Counted from the stretch's first letter, positions 1 through 12,488 are shown. The stretch is 64,000 bases of DNA from an uncultured Acidobacteriota bacterium (GCA_963820905.1 CAWGBU010000008.1:361729-425728); one strand, 5' to 3'. Notes: generated by a model not told the origin, from the sequence alone. Made by a program: numbers and translations.

Positions 1-529
1 TCCGGTCGAGCGACGGATCCGCGGCCTGCGAGACGACGAGCGGCTTGCCATTTTCCAGGATCGTGACGATGCGTTCGTTGAGGCCCGACTGCGCCGAGCC
101 CGCCTCAGCGGATGCCGCGGTATTTCCGGCAGCCGCCGCGAGCCCCGTCGGCTGATACGCGAGACCGAGCTCCACCTGCACGGCGCCCTCCCTGTTCCGG
201 AGCACCATCGGACGCGCATCGACGTTGATGTTCACGTCGCGCCGGCCCTCTTTCGTCAGGATCCACCCGCTCGTCCTGATGCTCGCGTTGAACCGATCCG
301 CAACGTGCATCGTGACCACCTTTCGCGATGGCTCGCCAGGCCCCGTCTGATCCAGGATCGTCAGCTCGAGGCGGATGTTCACGGGCTGCGCTTGTTCGGC
401 CGGCCGCGCGGGAGCAGGTGCCCGTTCGGGCTGCTCCTTGACCGGAACTTGCGGCGGGGTGGATTGCGCGGCCGTCGTGATTCCCACCAGAAGGCACAGG
501 CACGTCGTGGTCAGCAACTGTTTGAGCAT
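1..529 (-). CDS. Exported hypothetical protein with secretin-like beta-rich domain (3' end runs off the window)
   Basis: Not in ORF track. ATG at 529 with GAGGAG SD; reads MLKQLLTTTCLCLLVGITTAAQ...PVNIRLELTILDQ...LENGKPLVVSQAADP, open to window edge; signal-peptide-like N-terminus. Confidence 0.75.
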   Translation of the reverse strand, partial: MLKQLLTTTCLCLLVGITTAAQSTPPQVPVKEQPERAPAPARPAEQAQPVNIRLELTILDQTGPGEPSRKVVTMHVADRFNASIRTSGWILTKEGRRDVNINVDARPMVLRNREGAVQVELGLAYQPTGLAAAAGNTAASAEAGSAQSGLNERIVTILENGKPLVVSQAADPSLDR

Positions 530-545
530 GTTTCTCCTCGGCCGA

Positions 546-1121
546 TCACTTCGGCGGTGACGGCGGCAACAATGGTGAAATCGCGATGCGTTCGATCGCC
601 GGCAGAGGCCGGACGATGACGGAAGGGGCGGCGAGCGGCGCCACGGTGATCGGATCGATCGGAAGCAATCGATCGATTGATTCGGCGGCCGGCGGGTCCT
701 CTCGATCGGGCGAGTGGGGTGGAAGCGAGGCCGCGCGGACGATTCTCTCCTCGGACCGCGGAGGCTCGGATTCGATCCTGCGCGGAGGAGCCTTGCTTGC
801 GCGCGGTGCCGGGCGGTCCGGAACGCGAGGCGCCGCGGTCGGCGGTGGCGGCGATGTGACTGGCGGTCGCTGCGCAACGATGGCCGGGCGCTCGGGCGTT
901 CGATCGACCGGCCGCGACAACACGACGAAGGTGATGATTCCGGCGGCTGCGAGCGCCGCAACGCCGAAGCGCATCCACACGGACGGCGCCGGTCTGGACT
1001 CGAGCCGGGCGAAAACCCGCTGCCTGAACCCGGGCCGCGGCTCCGCGCTCATGATCTCGCGCACGGCGCGATCGATGACCGCGTCCGCCGCGTCGCCGCG
1101 TTCCATGTCCCATTCACTCAT
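546..1121 (-). CDS. Putative membrane anti-sigma-like protein (single TM, Pro-rich tail)
   Basis: ATG at 1121 overlaps the sigma stop; short N-domain, TM FGVAALAAAGIITFVVL, Pro-rich C-terminus. Confidence 0.65.
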   Translation of the reverse strand: MSEWDMERGDAADAVIDRAVREIMSAEPRPGFRQRVFARLESRPAPSVWMRFGVAALAAAGIITFVVLSRPVDRTPERPAIVAQRPPVTSPPPPTAAPRVPDRPAPRASKAPPRRIESEPPRSEERIVRAASLPPHSPDREDPPAAESIDRLLPIDPITVAPLAAPSVIVRPLPAIERIAISPLLPPSPPK

Positions 1122-1716
1122 GCGGGTAACCAACGGCCGCCATCTTCTGCTTGAGTACCCGTCGCGCCTCGGACACGCGCCACTTCACGGTTCCAATCGG
1201 AACGCCCAGGATGTGGCTGATCTGCTCGTAGGTGTAGTCCCCGGACCCGGCCAGCAGCAGGGCGTCACGAAGTTTGCGGGGCAAGGTCCGGATGAGGACC
1301 TTGACGGTATGCTGCAGCTGGGACCCCGCCAGCGTGTCCTCCTGCGAACGTTCGTCACCAGGCATTTGCTCGATCCAATTCGTGACTTCGCCCTCGGCTT
1401 CTGTCGGCGTGACCGTCAGCTTGAGCCAGCGGGCCATGCTCTTCCGCCGATCCAGGGCCTTGCGCCACGCGATGGCGAGCAGCCAGGTCCGGAACGCCGC
1501 TTCGCCCCGGAAGCTTCCGAGCTTCCGGTACGCCATCACGAACGCGTCTTGCGCCACGTCGTCGGCTTCGGCCGCCGAGCCGAGGGCAGCCAGAGCGGCC
1601 CGAAACACCGCCCGGCGGTTCCGTTCGACCAGTTCCCCGAACGCATCCGCGTCCCCGGCCTGCGCCAGGCGCACCAGGTCCAGGTCGGAAACCTCTACGG
1701 GTTCGGCTCCGGTCAC
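1114..1716 (-). CDS. ECF-type sigma-70 factor
   Basis: Region 2 (ADDVAQDAFV...FRTWLLAIAWR) and region 4 (YEQISHILGVPIGTVKWRVSEAR); GTG at 1716 preferred over 1746. Confidence 0.92.
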   Translation of the reverse strand: MTGAEPVEVSDLDLVRLAQAGDADAFGELVERNRRAVFRAALAALGSAAEADDVAQDAFVMAYRKLGSFRGEAAFRTWLLAIAWRKALDRRKSMARWLKLTVTPTEAEGEVTNWIEQMPGDERSQEDTLAGSQLQHTVKVLIRTLPRKLRDALLLAGSGDYTYEQISHILGVPIGTVKWRVSEARRVLKQKMAAVGYPHE

Positions 1717-1724
1717 ACAGTCTG

Positions 1725-1752
1725 TAGACTCAGCCGGTCGGGCCACAGTTGG
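1725..1752 (-). promoter_or_regulatory. Candidate ECF promoter (CCAAC-N17-AGTCTA)
   Basis: Minus strand CCAACTGTGGCCCGACCGGCTGAGTCTA, 8 nt before GTG 1716. Confidence 0.5.
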
Positions 1753-1784
1753 AAAAAGTGTTATCGACCTAAGATGAGGACATC

Positions 1785-4061
1785 ATGAACCACGAACAGC
1801 TGCTGCAGCTGATTCGCGACAAAATCGAGCACCCGGCGACGCCGCGCGAGCTGGTGCAACGACTCAAGATACCGCGCGACGACCGTCCCCACATCAAGCG
1901 CCTGCTCAAGGAACTGGTGGCCTCCGGCTCCCTGATCGAAACCAGGGGCAATCGGTACGGACTTCCCGATCGCATGAACCTCATCGTCGGGCGCATCACC
2001 ACGCACCCGCGCGGATTCGGCTTCGTGGTTCCTGATCGTCCCGTCGAGAACGTGACGGGGGACATCTACATCGCCGGCAGCAACCTGAACCAGGCGATGC
2101 ACGGCGATCGCGTGGTGGCGAGGGTCGAACGGGTGAGCGACCGCGGGGCCGAAGGGCGAATCCTGAGAATCCTCGAACGCGGCGCCACGACGATCGTCGG
2201 GCGCTTCGAGGCCGGCGGATCCGGGCACGGCTTCGTGGTTCCGTTCGATCGGCGTCTCATCATGGATCTGCAGATCGCCGACGATGAGCAGAGTACCGCG
2301 AAGCCCGGCGACATGGTGTGCGCCGAGATCACCCGCTGGCCAACTGCAGCGCGGGGACCGCTGGGACGGATTGTCGAAGTGCTCGGGAATATCGACGAGC
2401 CAGGCGTCGACATCGAAATCATCATCAGGAAGTACGGGATTCCCGACGAGCACAGCCAGGAAGCGGTTCAGGAAGCCTCGCGGCTCGGGTCGGCCGTTCG
2501 CGAGAAAGATCTCGCGGGCCGGACGGACTTCCGGTCGACGGTGACCGTCACAATCGACGGCGAGCACGCCCGTGACTTCGACGACGCGATCACGATTGAG
2601 AAGCTGGAGAACGGCAGCTACTGGCTCGGAGTCCACATCGCGGACGTCGCGCACTACGTGCCGGAAGGCGGCGCGCTCGACGAGGAGGCCTACGAGCGGG
2701 GCACGTCCGTCTACTTTCCCGAGCGCGCGGTGCACATGTTCCCCTCGGAGCTGTCCACTGGCCTGTGCAGCCTCAATCCCGACGTCGATCGCCTGGTGCA
2801 GTCCTGTCTCATGGAGATCGATCCGCGCGGCACCGTCGTCCGGTACGAGCTCCATGACGGCGTGATCCACAGCGACGCCAGGATGACGTATACCGACGTC
2901 AACGCCATCCTGACGGACCGCGACGAGGCCACGACCGCCAGGTACCGCGAGCTCGTGCCCAAGCTCGAGCAGATGCGCGAGCTCTTCGAGATCCTCAATC
3001 GGCGGCGGCGCCGGCGCGGCTCGATCGACTTCGACCTCAAGGAGCCGGAGATCGTGCTCGACGACGAGGGTATGGTCGAAGCGATCATCGCCCTCGAGCG
3101 CAACGTCGCGCACCGGCTGATCGAGGAGTTCATGCTGGTCGCGAACGAAACGGTCGCGTCGCATCTCAGCGAGCACGACGTTCCGACGCTCTATCGGATC
3201 CACGAGGAACCGGATCCGTTGAAGGTCGAGGAGTTCGAAGAGTTCATCTCGACGCTGGGCCACAGCCTCAGCCGATCCGGATCCGAGGTCAGCCCGCGCG
3301 ACTTCCAGAAGCTGGTGCAGCGCATGCACGGCACACCGGAAGAGAAGCCGATCGCCTTCCTGATGCTGCGGACGATGCAGAAGGCGCGCTACGACCCCTC
3401 GAACCTGGGGCACTTCGGCCTCGCCGCGGAGAACTACACGCACTTCACGTCGCCGATCAGGCGCTATCCGGATCTCGTCGTCCACAGGACGCTTCGGGAA
3501 TCGCGGCGCCACATGACGGAGGAGCGCCGGAACGATCTCACCGAGGACCTGCCGGAAGTCGCCCGTCATACCTCGGAGCGTGAGCGCCGGGCGGACGACG
3601 CGGAGCGCGAGCTGGTCCAGTGGAAGAAAGTGCGGTTCATGGCGGACAAGGTCGGCGACGAGTTCGAGGGCTACGTCACCGGCGTCACTGCCTTCGGTCT
3701 CTATATCGAGCTCGTCGAGCACTTCGTCGAGGGGCTCGTCCACGTGTCGACGATGGCCGACGACTACTATCGATTCGTCGACCGGGCGCACATCCTGCGG
3801 GGCGAGAACAAAGGTAAGACCTATCGACTCGGCGATCGGGTCAAGGTGCAGGTCGTCAAGGTCGACATGGAGCGCCGCCAGGTGGACCTGGGCCTCGTCG
3901 AGATCCTGGACGCGGTGCGCGAGTCGGAACGGAACCGCGGACCACGTGTCAGCCGAAGCCGGGCGAACCGGCCGCAGAAGGGCGCGATGCCGGCTGGCGC
4001 GGCGCGCGCACGAAAGCAGCGGCCGGGCAGGAAGGAACGCGCGGCTCGCCGGAAGCGCTGA
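1785..4061 (+). CDS. rnr: Ribonuclease R
   Basis: HPRGFGFV cold-shock domain, TIDGEHARDFDDAI catalytic motif, YTHFTSPIRRYPDL, S1 domain, basic tail. Confidence 0.97.
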   Translation: MNHEQLLQLIRDKIEHPATPRELVQRLKIPRDDRPHIKRLLKELVASGSLIETRGNRYGLPDRMNLIVGRITTHPRGFGFVVPDRPVENVTGDIYIAGSNLNQAMHGDRVVARVERVSDRGAEGRILRILERGATTIVGRFEAGGSGHGFVVPFDRRLIMDLQIADDEQSTAKPGDMVCAEITRWPTAARGPLGRIVEVLGNIDEPGVDIEIIIRKYGIPDEHSQEAVQEASRLGSAVREKDLAGRTDFRSTVTVTIDGEHARDFDDAITIEKLENGSYWLGVHIADVAHYVPEGGALDEEAYERGTSVYFPERAVHMFPSELSTGLCSLNPDVDRLVQSCLMEIDPRGTVVRYELHDGVIHSDARMTYTDVNAILTDRDEATTARYRELVPKLEQMRELFEILNRRRRRRGSIDFDLKEPEIVLDDEGMVEAIIALERNVAHRLIEEFMLVANETVASHLSEHDVPTLYRIHEEPDPLKVEEFEEFISTLGHSLSRSGSEVSPRDFQKLVQRMHGTPEEKPIAFLMLRTMQKARYDPSNLGHFGLAAENYTHFTSPIRRYPDLVVHRTLRESRRHMTEERRNDLTEDLPEVARHTSERERRADDAERELVQWKKVRFMADKVGDEFEGYVTGVTAFGLYIELVEHFVEGLVHVSTMADDYYRFVDRAHILRGENKGKTYRLGDRVKVQVVKVDMERRQVDLGLVEILDAVRESERNRGPRVSRSRANRPQKGAMPAGAARARKQRPGRKERAARRKR

Positions 4062-4067
4062 ACGACC

Positions 4068-5993
4068 GTGCGCTCCATCGTCATCGGCACGGCCGGGCAC
4101 ATCGATCACGGGAAGAGCGCGCTCGTCCGCGCGCTGACCGGCACGGATCCCGATCGTCTCAAGGAAGAGCAGGAGCGCGGGATTACGATCGATCTCGGGT
4201 TTGCCCATCTGCTCGAGGGGGACACGAACCTCGCGTTCGTCGACGTGCCGGGCCACGAGCGCTTCGTCAAGAACATGCTCGCGGGCGCGGGCGGTGTCGA
4301 TCTCGTCATGCTCGTCGTCGCGGCCGACGAGTCCGTCATGCCGCAGACCCGCGAGCACTTTCACATCTGCCGGCTGCTGCGCGTGCCCGCCGGGGTCATC
4401 GTCCTCACGAAGACTGACGTCGCCGACGCGGAGACCGTGGATGTGGCGTCGATGGAAGTGCGCGATCTGGTCCAGGGCTCGTTCCTGGGGAACGCGCCGA
4501 TCGTGCCGGTCTCGTCCCGCACCGGCGACGGTCTCGACCGGCTCCGCGGCGCCATCGTCGATGCGGCGAACGCGATTCCCGCGCGGGAAGCGAGCGGCCC
4601 GGTGCGGCTCCCGATCGATCGCGTGTTCTCGCTGAAGGGTTTCGGGACGGTGACGACCGGGACGCTTGTGTCGGGCACCATCCGGGAGGATGCCGAGCTC
4701 GTCGCGCTTCCGGGAGGAAGGGGCGTCAAGGTCCGGGGGCTGCAGGTGCACGGGCGCCGGGAATCGTCTGCGACAGCGGGCCGCCGGGTTGCCGTCAATC
4801 TCGGTGGCGTCGACGTCGAGGAGCTGAGCCGCGGCGACACGCTGACCGAGGCGGACGCGTTCGAGCCCAGCCGCCGGCTCGATGTCGTGATGGAACTGCT
4901 CGCCGATGCGCGCCCGCTGCGGCATGGCGCGCGCGTGCGGTTCCACAGCGGAACCACGGAGCTCCTCGGGCGCGTGGCGCTGGCCGGCGGCGCGGCGGAT
5001 GCGGCTTCCGTTTCGTCGGCGGGCCCATTTGGGGAAACGACGCCCGTGTACGCGCGAATCAGGCTCGAGTCGCAAGCCGTCGTCACGCGCGGCGATCGGT
5101 TCATCCTGCGTGCGTACTCGCCAGTCGTCACGATCGGCGGGGGAGTCGTGCTGGATCCGCAGCCGGCGCGCGGCTCGATTCGCCGCGATGCCGCGCTCGA
5201 CCGGTTCCGGCGTCTCGATCCAGTGCATAGCAGCGACGACGACGCGATCTGCGCGTTCATCGAAGACAAGGCTGGGGCCGGCGTGACGCGGCTCGCACTG
5301 CGCGCGCGGTCCGGGCTGCCCGGTCCCGCAGTGGAGCAGGCCGTCGCTCGTCTGGCCACCGCGGGCAAGGCCACCGTGCTTGGCGATCTGATCGTGTCGC
5401 CGTCCGTCCTCGAGGCGCTCGCGGAACGGCTCGTGCGCGAACTGGCGAGCCATCACGCGACGAGCGCGCTGTCGGAGGGAATGCCGCGCGAAGAGGCGCG
5501 CGATCGGATCTTTCGGCGCGCGCATCCCGCAGTGTTCGAGCGCGTGCTGGAGACGCTCTCGGCCGCGAAGCGGATCGCAGGCCGCGACCGGCTCGCGCTT
5601 GCGGGCCATCAGGTATCGCTCACGCCGCAGGAGTCGGCTGCGCAGGCCGCGATCGAACGGGTCTATCGCGACGCGAAGCTCACGCCGCCGGACCTTGGTG
5701 CCGCCGCACAGGAGACAGGTGCTTCCCGCGCAATCGTCGATCGCGTCGTCGGTCTCCTGGTCCGCAACCGGACGCTGGTCAAGGTGGAGAGCATGCTCTT
5801 CCACGCGTCGGCGCTGGAGGAGCTCAAGGAGAATATCCGCGCGCTGAAGTCGGAGGCAGGAACGGCGCGCGTCGACGTGGCTTCGTTCAAGGCGCGCTAT
5901 GGAGTGACGAGGAAATACGCGATCCCGCTGCTCGAGTATCTGGATCGCGAGCGGGTCACCCGCAGGCAGGGGGAGACCCGGGTCGTGCTCTAA
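4068..5993 (+). CDS. selB: Selenocysteine-specific elongation factor
   Basis: [41 protein letters not shown]; C-terminal winged helix [13 protein letters not shown]. Confidence 0.96.
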   Translation: MRSIVIGTAGHIDHGKSALVRALTGTDPDRLKEEQERGITIDLGFAHLLEGDTNLAFVDVPGHERFVKNMLAGAGGVDLVMLVVAADESVMPQTREHFHICRLLRVPAGVIVLTKTDVADAETVDVASMEVRDLVQGSFLGNAPIVPVSSRTGDGLDRLRGAIVDAANAIPAREASGPVRLPIDRVFSLKGFGTVTTGTLVSGTIREDAELVALPGGRGVKVRGLQVHGRRESSATAGRRVAVNLGGVDVEELSRGDTLTEADAFEPSRRLDVVMELLADARPLRHGARVRFHSGTTELLGRVALAGGAADAASVSSAGPFGETTPVYARIRLESQAVVTRGDRFILRAYSPVVTIGGGVVLDPQPARGSIRRDAALDRFRRLDPVHSSDDDAICAFIEDKAGAGVTRLALRARSGLPGPAVEQAVARLATAGKATVLGDLIVSPSVLEALAERLVRELASHHATSALSEGMPREEARDRIFRRAHPAVFERVLETLSAAKRIAGRDRLALAGHQVSLTPQESAAQAAIERVYRDAKLTPPDLGAAAQETGASRAIVDRVVGLLVRNRTLVKVESMLFHASALEELKENIRALKSEAGTARVDVASFKARYGVTRKYAIPLLEYLDRERVTRRQGETRVVL

Positions 5994-6139
5994 CGATTCG
6001 CGTCGTCGCTGCGGTTGGCTTCCTTGAAGTTCTTGATGCCCTTGCCGATGCCGCGCCCGATCTCGGGCAGCCGGCTGGCGCCGAAGATCAGCACGATCAG
6101 GAACAGAATGACGATTAATTCGGGAATCCCGAGACCCAT
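5990..6139 (-). CDS. tatA: Twin-arginine translocase subunit TatA/E (49 aa)
   Basis: Not in ORF track; [40 protein letters not shown]; AAGGAG SD. Confidence 0.95.
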   Translation of the reverse strand: MGLGIPELIVILFLIVLIFGASRLPEIGRGIGKGIKNFKEANRSDDANR

Positions 6140-6181
6140 ATCAGCTCCTTCATCGCTGCGGGAGAGATCACGATTCTAGCA

Positions 6182-6266
6182 GATCGGCGTGATCCGCGCC
6201 GATCCTGCGCAATCCGCGAGATCCGCGCCGATCCTGAGTGATCCGCGAGATCCGCGTGATCCGCGT
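6182..6266. repeat. Tandem array of nine 9-10 nt GATCCGCG(N) units
   Basis: GATCGGCGT GATCCGCGCC GATCCTGCGC AATCCGCGA GATCCGCGCC GATCCTGAGT GATCCGCGA GATCCGCGT GATCCGCGT. Confidence 0.9.
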
Positions 6267-7419
6267 CTATCCGAAGAGCTCCAGCATCAGCCGCCATTCC
6301 AGCGTTTGCAGCAGCCGGCGTCGGAGCCCGTCGTAGCTTTGGCGGCCCGCCACGAGGTCGGCCATGATGGCGCGGATGGCGGCGCTGCGAGACAGCGCCT
6401 TCATCAATAGGGCGATGAAGCGGGGCTGGAAAAACCTCGCCTTGATGCGCGCCGCCCGCGCCAGCTCGGCGTGGATGTCGTGGCGGACCCTCTCGACGTA
6501 CGTTTCGCCGACCCGATGTCCGTCGAGCACGGCGTCAGCAGCGATGTCTCCGGATTGCAGCGCGAAGTAGATGCCCTCGCGGGTGATTGGATCGACCAGT
6601 CCCGCGGCGTCCCCGACCAGGAGCCAGCCGGGCCCGGCGGGCCGCTCGCGCTCGAGCGCTTCCAGGCTGAGGGAAGGGATCGGCCAGCTGTAGCGTCGAA
6701 GGGTGCCGCCCTCCCCGAACTGCCGGACGATCCACTGCCGTGTCGCCTCCTGAAGCTGCGCGGCGCTCGCCTGGTCCGCCTGCGCGCAGATCCCGATCGC
6801 GAGATGATCGGGCCGCGGAAAGGACCAGAGGTAACCGGGAGGATCGTTCTCGAACGAGACGACGATCTCGCGCGACGATCGACCGTCGACGAAGTATCCG
6901 CTGGCGACCGACAGATCGGCCCTGGCGAAGGGATGGGCGACCGTACCGGCGAACCAGGCTGTTCGCGCCATCGGCGCCGACTATCCACGACGCGGCGAAT
7001 TGTCCTGTGCGGCTCTCGACGGTCCACGCGTCCCGATCGCGTCGGACCCTTGTGACGCGCTCGGACAGGAGATGCGCCCCGGCGGCGGCTGCCGCGTGCA
7101 TCAGCGAGCTGTCGAATTCGCGGCGGCCGGCGACGACGAGCGGTGGATATCCGGACTGGTCGGCGAGCAAGTCGACGCTCGCCGTGCGGTCCTGATGCGA
7201 GAACGTCGCGCCGGTGATCCGGACCGCGTCGAGCGCCCGTGGATCGAGCGCTGCGCCGACCAGTTCCAGCGCGCGGCCCGTGACGCCGCCGCCGCACGGT
7301 TTCTCCCGAGGATGACTGCCATCGGCAAGGGCAACGCGCGCGCCGGCACGCGCGAGGCGCTGAGCGGCCCACGAGCCGGACGGGCCGGCACCGACGACGA
7401 GGACGTCATAGCGGGGCAT
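6267..7419 (-). CDS. Geranylgeranyl reductase family FAD oxidoreductase (+1 frameshift near 6945)
   Basis: YDVLVVGAGPSGS, REKPCGGG and IVGADGANS in one frame; YLWSFP and LVGDAAGLVDPITREGI in the next. Confidence 0.88.
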
Positions 7420-7550
7420 TTTGCCGAGGCTCGAAACATCCGATCGCAGCCGATCGTAAGACAGTTGTCCAGCGTGATGGACAAGCCGCGTCAAATCCAC
7501 GCGGAAAGGCCTGAAACGGGGCCGCAGCACCCCGGCCTTTATCTTGCACC

Positions 7551-7579
7551 TTGCGCATCACGGCGACGTCAGCCACAAT
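7551..7579 (+). promoter_or_regulatory. Candidate sigma70 promoter of tonB
   Basis: TTGCGC-N17-CACAAT. Confidence 0.35.
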
Positions 7580-7620
7580 GCTTATGGGGACGTCTAAAAC
7601 TCCAGAGTCGCAACCCTAAC

Positions 7621-8481
7621 ATGCCCGAGTCCTATCAGGGCGCTAGCCCGAACGCACGATTGCTGGCAGGCACGACCGAGTTGTCGGCCAAGGGCTCCGT
7701 CCGTTTCGGCAACGCGTTCAGCGTGTCCGCGGTCACCCACGTCGTCATCGCGCTGCTCGTGCTCTTCATCATCAGCCTTCCGGCTGCGCCGCTCGCGCCG
7801 ATTCCTGACAACTTGTCCCTCAAAGGGCTGATCTGGACCGTGGCGCCGGGACCGGGCGGCGGTGGCGGCGGTGGCGGGAACAAGACACCGGAACCGCCGC
7901 GCAAGGCCGAGCTTCCGGCCAAAGACAAGCTCACGGTTCCGGTCGCGAAACCGGAAAAGATGAAGGCGCCGGAAGAGCCCAAGCCGGAACAGAAAATCAC
8001 GCTTCCCGCGCAACCCGTTGCCTCCGGCGTGCAGGAGCTGCCGGGCGCCATCAGCCAGGTCATCAATCCCACACTCTCGCTCGGCTCCGGCACGAACGGC
8101 GGGGCCGGCACCGGGAAGGGCACGGGCAGCGGCAGCGGCGACGGATCGGGCGTCGGGCCCGGCACCGGCGGCGGGTTCGGCGGCGGCGCGTACCGCCCAG
8201 GAAACGGCGTCACGCAGCCAACGCTGGTCCGCGAGGTCAAGCCGAATTACACCGCCGATGCCATGCGCGCGAAGATCCAGGGCGTCGTCTGGCTCGAGGC
8301 CGTCGTCACGGAAAACGGATCGGTCGGTCAGGTTCGCGTGACACGCTCGCTCGATCCGACCTTCGGCCTCGATCTCGAAGCCGAGCGAACCGTGAAGAAG
8401 TGGCTCTTCAGGCCGGGAACTCGAATGGGGCAGCCGGTGGCCACCCTCATCGAGATCGAGATGTCGTTCACGCTGCGTTGA
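7621..8481 (+). CDS. Energy transducer TonB family protein
   Basis: TM segment, Pro/Gly-rich linker, C-terminal TonB domain KPNYTADAMRAKIQGVV...KWLFRPG. Confidence 0.88.
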   Translation: MPESYQGASPNARLLAGTTELSAKGSVRFGNAFSVSAVTHVVIALLVLFIISLPAAPLAPIPDNLSLKGLIWTVAPGPGGGGGGGGNKTPEPPRKAELPAKDKLTVPVAKPEKMKAPEEPKPEQKITLPAQPVASGVQELPGAISQVINPTLSLGSGTNGGAGTGKGTGSGSGDGSGVGPGTGGGFGGGAYRPGNGVTQPTLVREVKPNYTADAMRAKIQGVVWLEAVVTENGSVGQVRVTRSLDPTFGLDLEAERTVKKWLFRPGTRMGQPVATLIEIEMSFTLR

Positions 8482-8605
8482 CAGCTCCCAGCCTTCAGCT
8501 CTCAGCTTTCAGCTTCCAACTGGGTTTAGTTTCCGCGCACTTCCCGGCACTTCCATGAGTGCTTGTGCGCGAGCTGAGAGCTGTGAGCTGAAAGCTGAAA
8601 GCTAA
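8482..8605. repeat. Inverted heptamer-repeat cassette (CAGCYYY x5 ... RAGCTRW x5)
   Basis: Left arm 8482-8516, core of about 54 nt, right arm 8571-8605; arms are reverse complementary. Confidence 0.9.
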
Positions 8606-8610
8606 ACCAG

Positions 8611-11206
<2,596 letters not shown>

Positions 11207-11282
11207 ATCCACCCCTCCTCCATGCGGACCATCACCGCCAGATGGTAACTCAGCCCGGCCACGCACCTCTATACTCATGCGC

Positions 11283-12359
11283 ATGACGACTTACCGCGTC
11301 CTGATTGCCGCCATTATTGTGGGCTGGGTTTCGGCGGGGGAGGCCCGGGCGCAGTCGTACCCGCAGCCAGCCGAAGCCGATTTCGTTGTCCGCAACTTTC
11401 GCTTTCAGAGCGGCGAGACGCTCACGGACGTGAAGATGCACTACCGGACCGTCGGCACACCGCGGAAGGACGCCGACGGCGTGGTGCGGAACGGTGTGCT
11501 GATCCTGCACGGAACGGGCGGGTCCGGTCGAGGGTTTCTGACCGACGGCTACGCGGGACGCCTGTTCGGCAAGGGGCAGCTGCTCGACGCCGAGCGCTAC
11601 TACATCATCCTGCCGGACAATCTCGGTCACGGCGGCTCGTCGAAGCCGAGCGATGGCCTGCGAATGAAGTTTCCGAAGTACGGCTATACCGACATGGTGC
11701 GGCTGCAGCACGCGCTCGTAACTCAGGGCCTCGGCCTGTCGCACCTCCACCTCGTGATGGGCACCTCGATGGGAGGCATGCACACGTGGCTCTGGGGCTA
11801 CATGTTCCCGGACTTCATGGATGGTCTGGTCCCGCTCGCCAGCAATCCGGTCGAGATCGCCGGGCGCAACCGCGTGTGGCGCAAGGCCCTCGTGGACGCC
11901 ATCGTGACCGATCCGGAATGGCGCGATGGGAACTACACGTCGCCGCCTCGAGGCATGGCGAGCGCGATCGGGTTTCTCCTGATGGCGACGAGCGTGCCGC
12001 TGCAGTGGCAGCGGCAGTACGCGACGGCCGAGGCCGCTGACAAGTAGCTCGCGGCGCAAGTCGCCTCGCGAATGGCCTCGACCGACGCGAACGACATGAT
12101 CTATTACTTTCGCGCGTCCGAGGACTACAACCCGGCGCCCCACCTGGAACGAATCACCAAGCCGCTCGTTGCGATCAACTCGGCCGACGACTTCGTCAAC
12201 CCGCCCGAGTTGCCGATGATGCGCGAGCTGATGGGCAAGGTGAAGCGTGGCCGGTTCGTGCTGATCCCGATCTCGGACCAGACGCGCGGCCACGGCACCC
12301 ATTCGCTGCCGCAGGTGTGGGCCGCCGAACTCGAGCGGTTTCTCGCCGAGCTGAAATAA
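11283..12359 (+). CDS. Alpha/beta hydrolase, homoserine O-acetyltransferase-like, with in-frame TAG at 12045-12047
   Basis: Signal peptide; LHGTGG, GTSMGG nucleophile elbow; same frame resumes with INSADD and TRGHGTH. Confidence 0.85.
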
Positions 12360-12389
12360 AAAGCCGGCGGGGATTGCTCCCCGCCGGCT
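12355..12389 (-). terminator. Intrinsic terminator downstream of groEL (possibly bidirectional)
   Basis: 12-bp stem AGCCGGCGGGGA-TTGC-TCCCCGCCGGCT followed by T-rich tract on minus strand. Confidence 0.85.
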
Positions 12390-12488
12390 GACTGTCGACC
12401 GTCGACACGTCGACTGTGACTGTCGACTGTGACTGTCGACTGTGACTCTCGACTGTGACTCTCGACTAACGACTCTCGACTGCCGACT
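12390..12488. repeat. Array of about 15 GAC-initiated 6-8 nt units (13-nt GACTGT+GACTSTC super-repeat)
   Basis: GACTGTC GACCGTC GACACGTC (GACTGT GACTGTC)x2 (GACTGT GACTCTC)x2 GACTAAC GACTCTC GACTGCC GACT. Confidence 0.9.

Noticed and set aside
1761-5804. 1347-aa antisense ORF (also 31039..34086, 47239..49356 and similar)
   Set aside because: Shadow frames opposite well-conserved genes, expected from high-GC codon bias; no recognisable motifs
4068-5993. Selenoprotein or tRNA-Sec next to selB
   Set aside because: No in-frame TGA at a Cys-equivalent position and no tRNA-Sec-like sequence found by eye
7850-8190. GGC-rich repeats in tonB
   Set aside because: Encode the ordinary Gly-rich linker of this TonB type
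12390-12488. Repeat arrays as CRISPR
   Set aside because: Units are 6-10 nt with no unique spacers, and no cas genes are present
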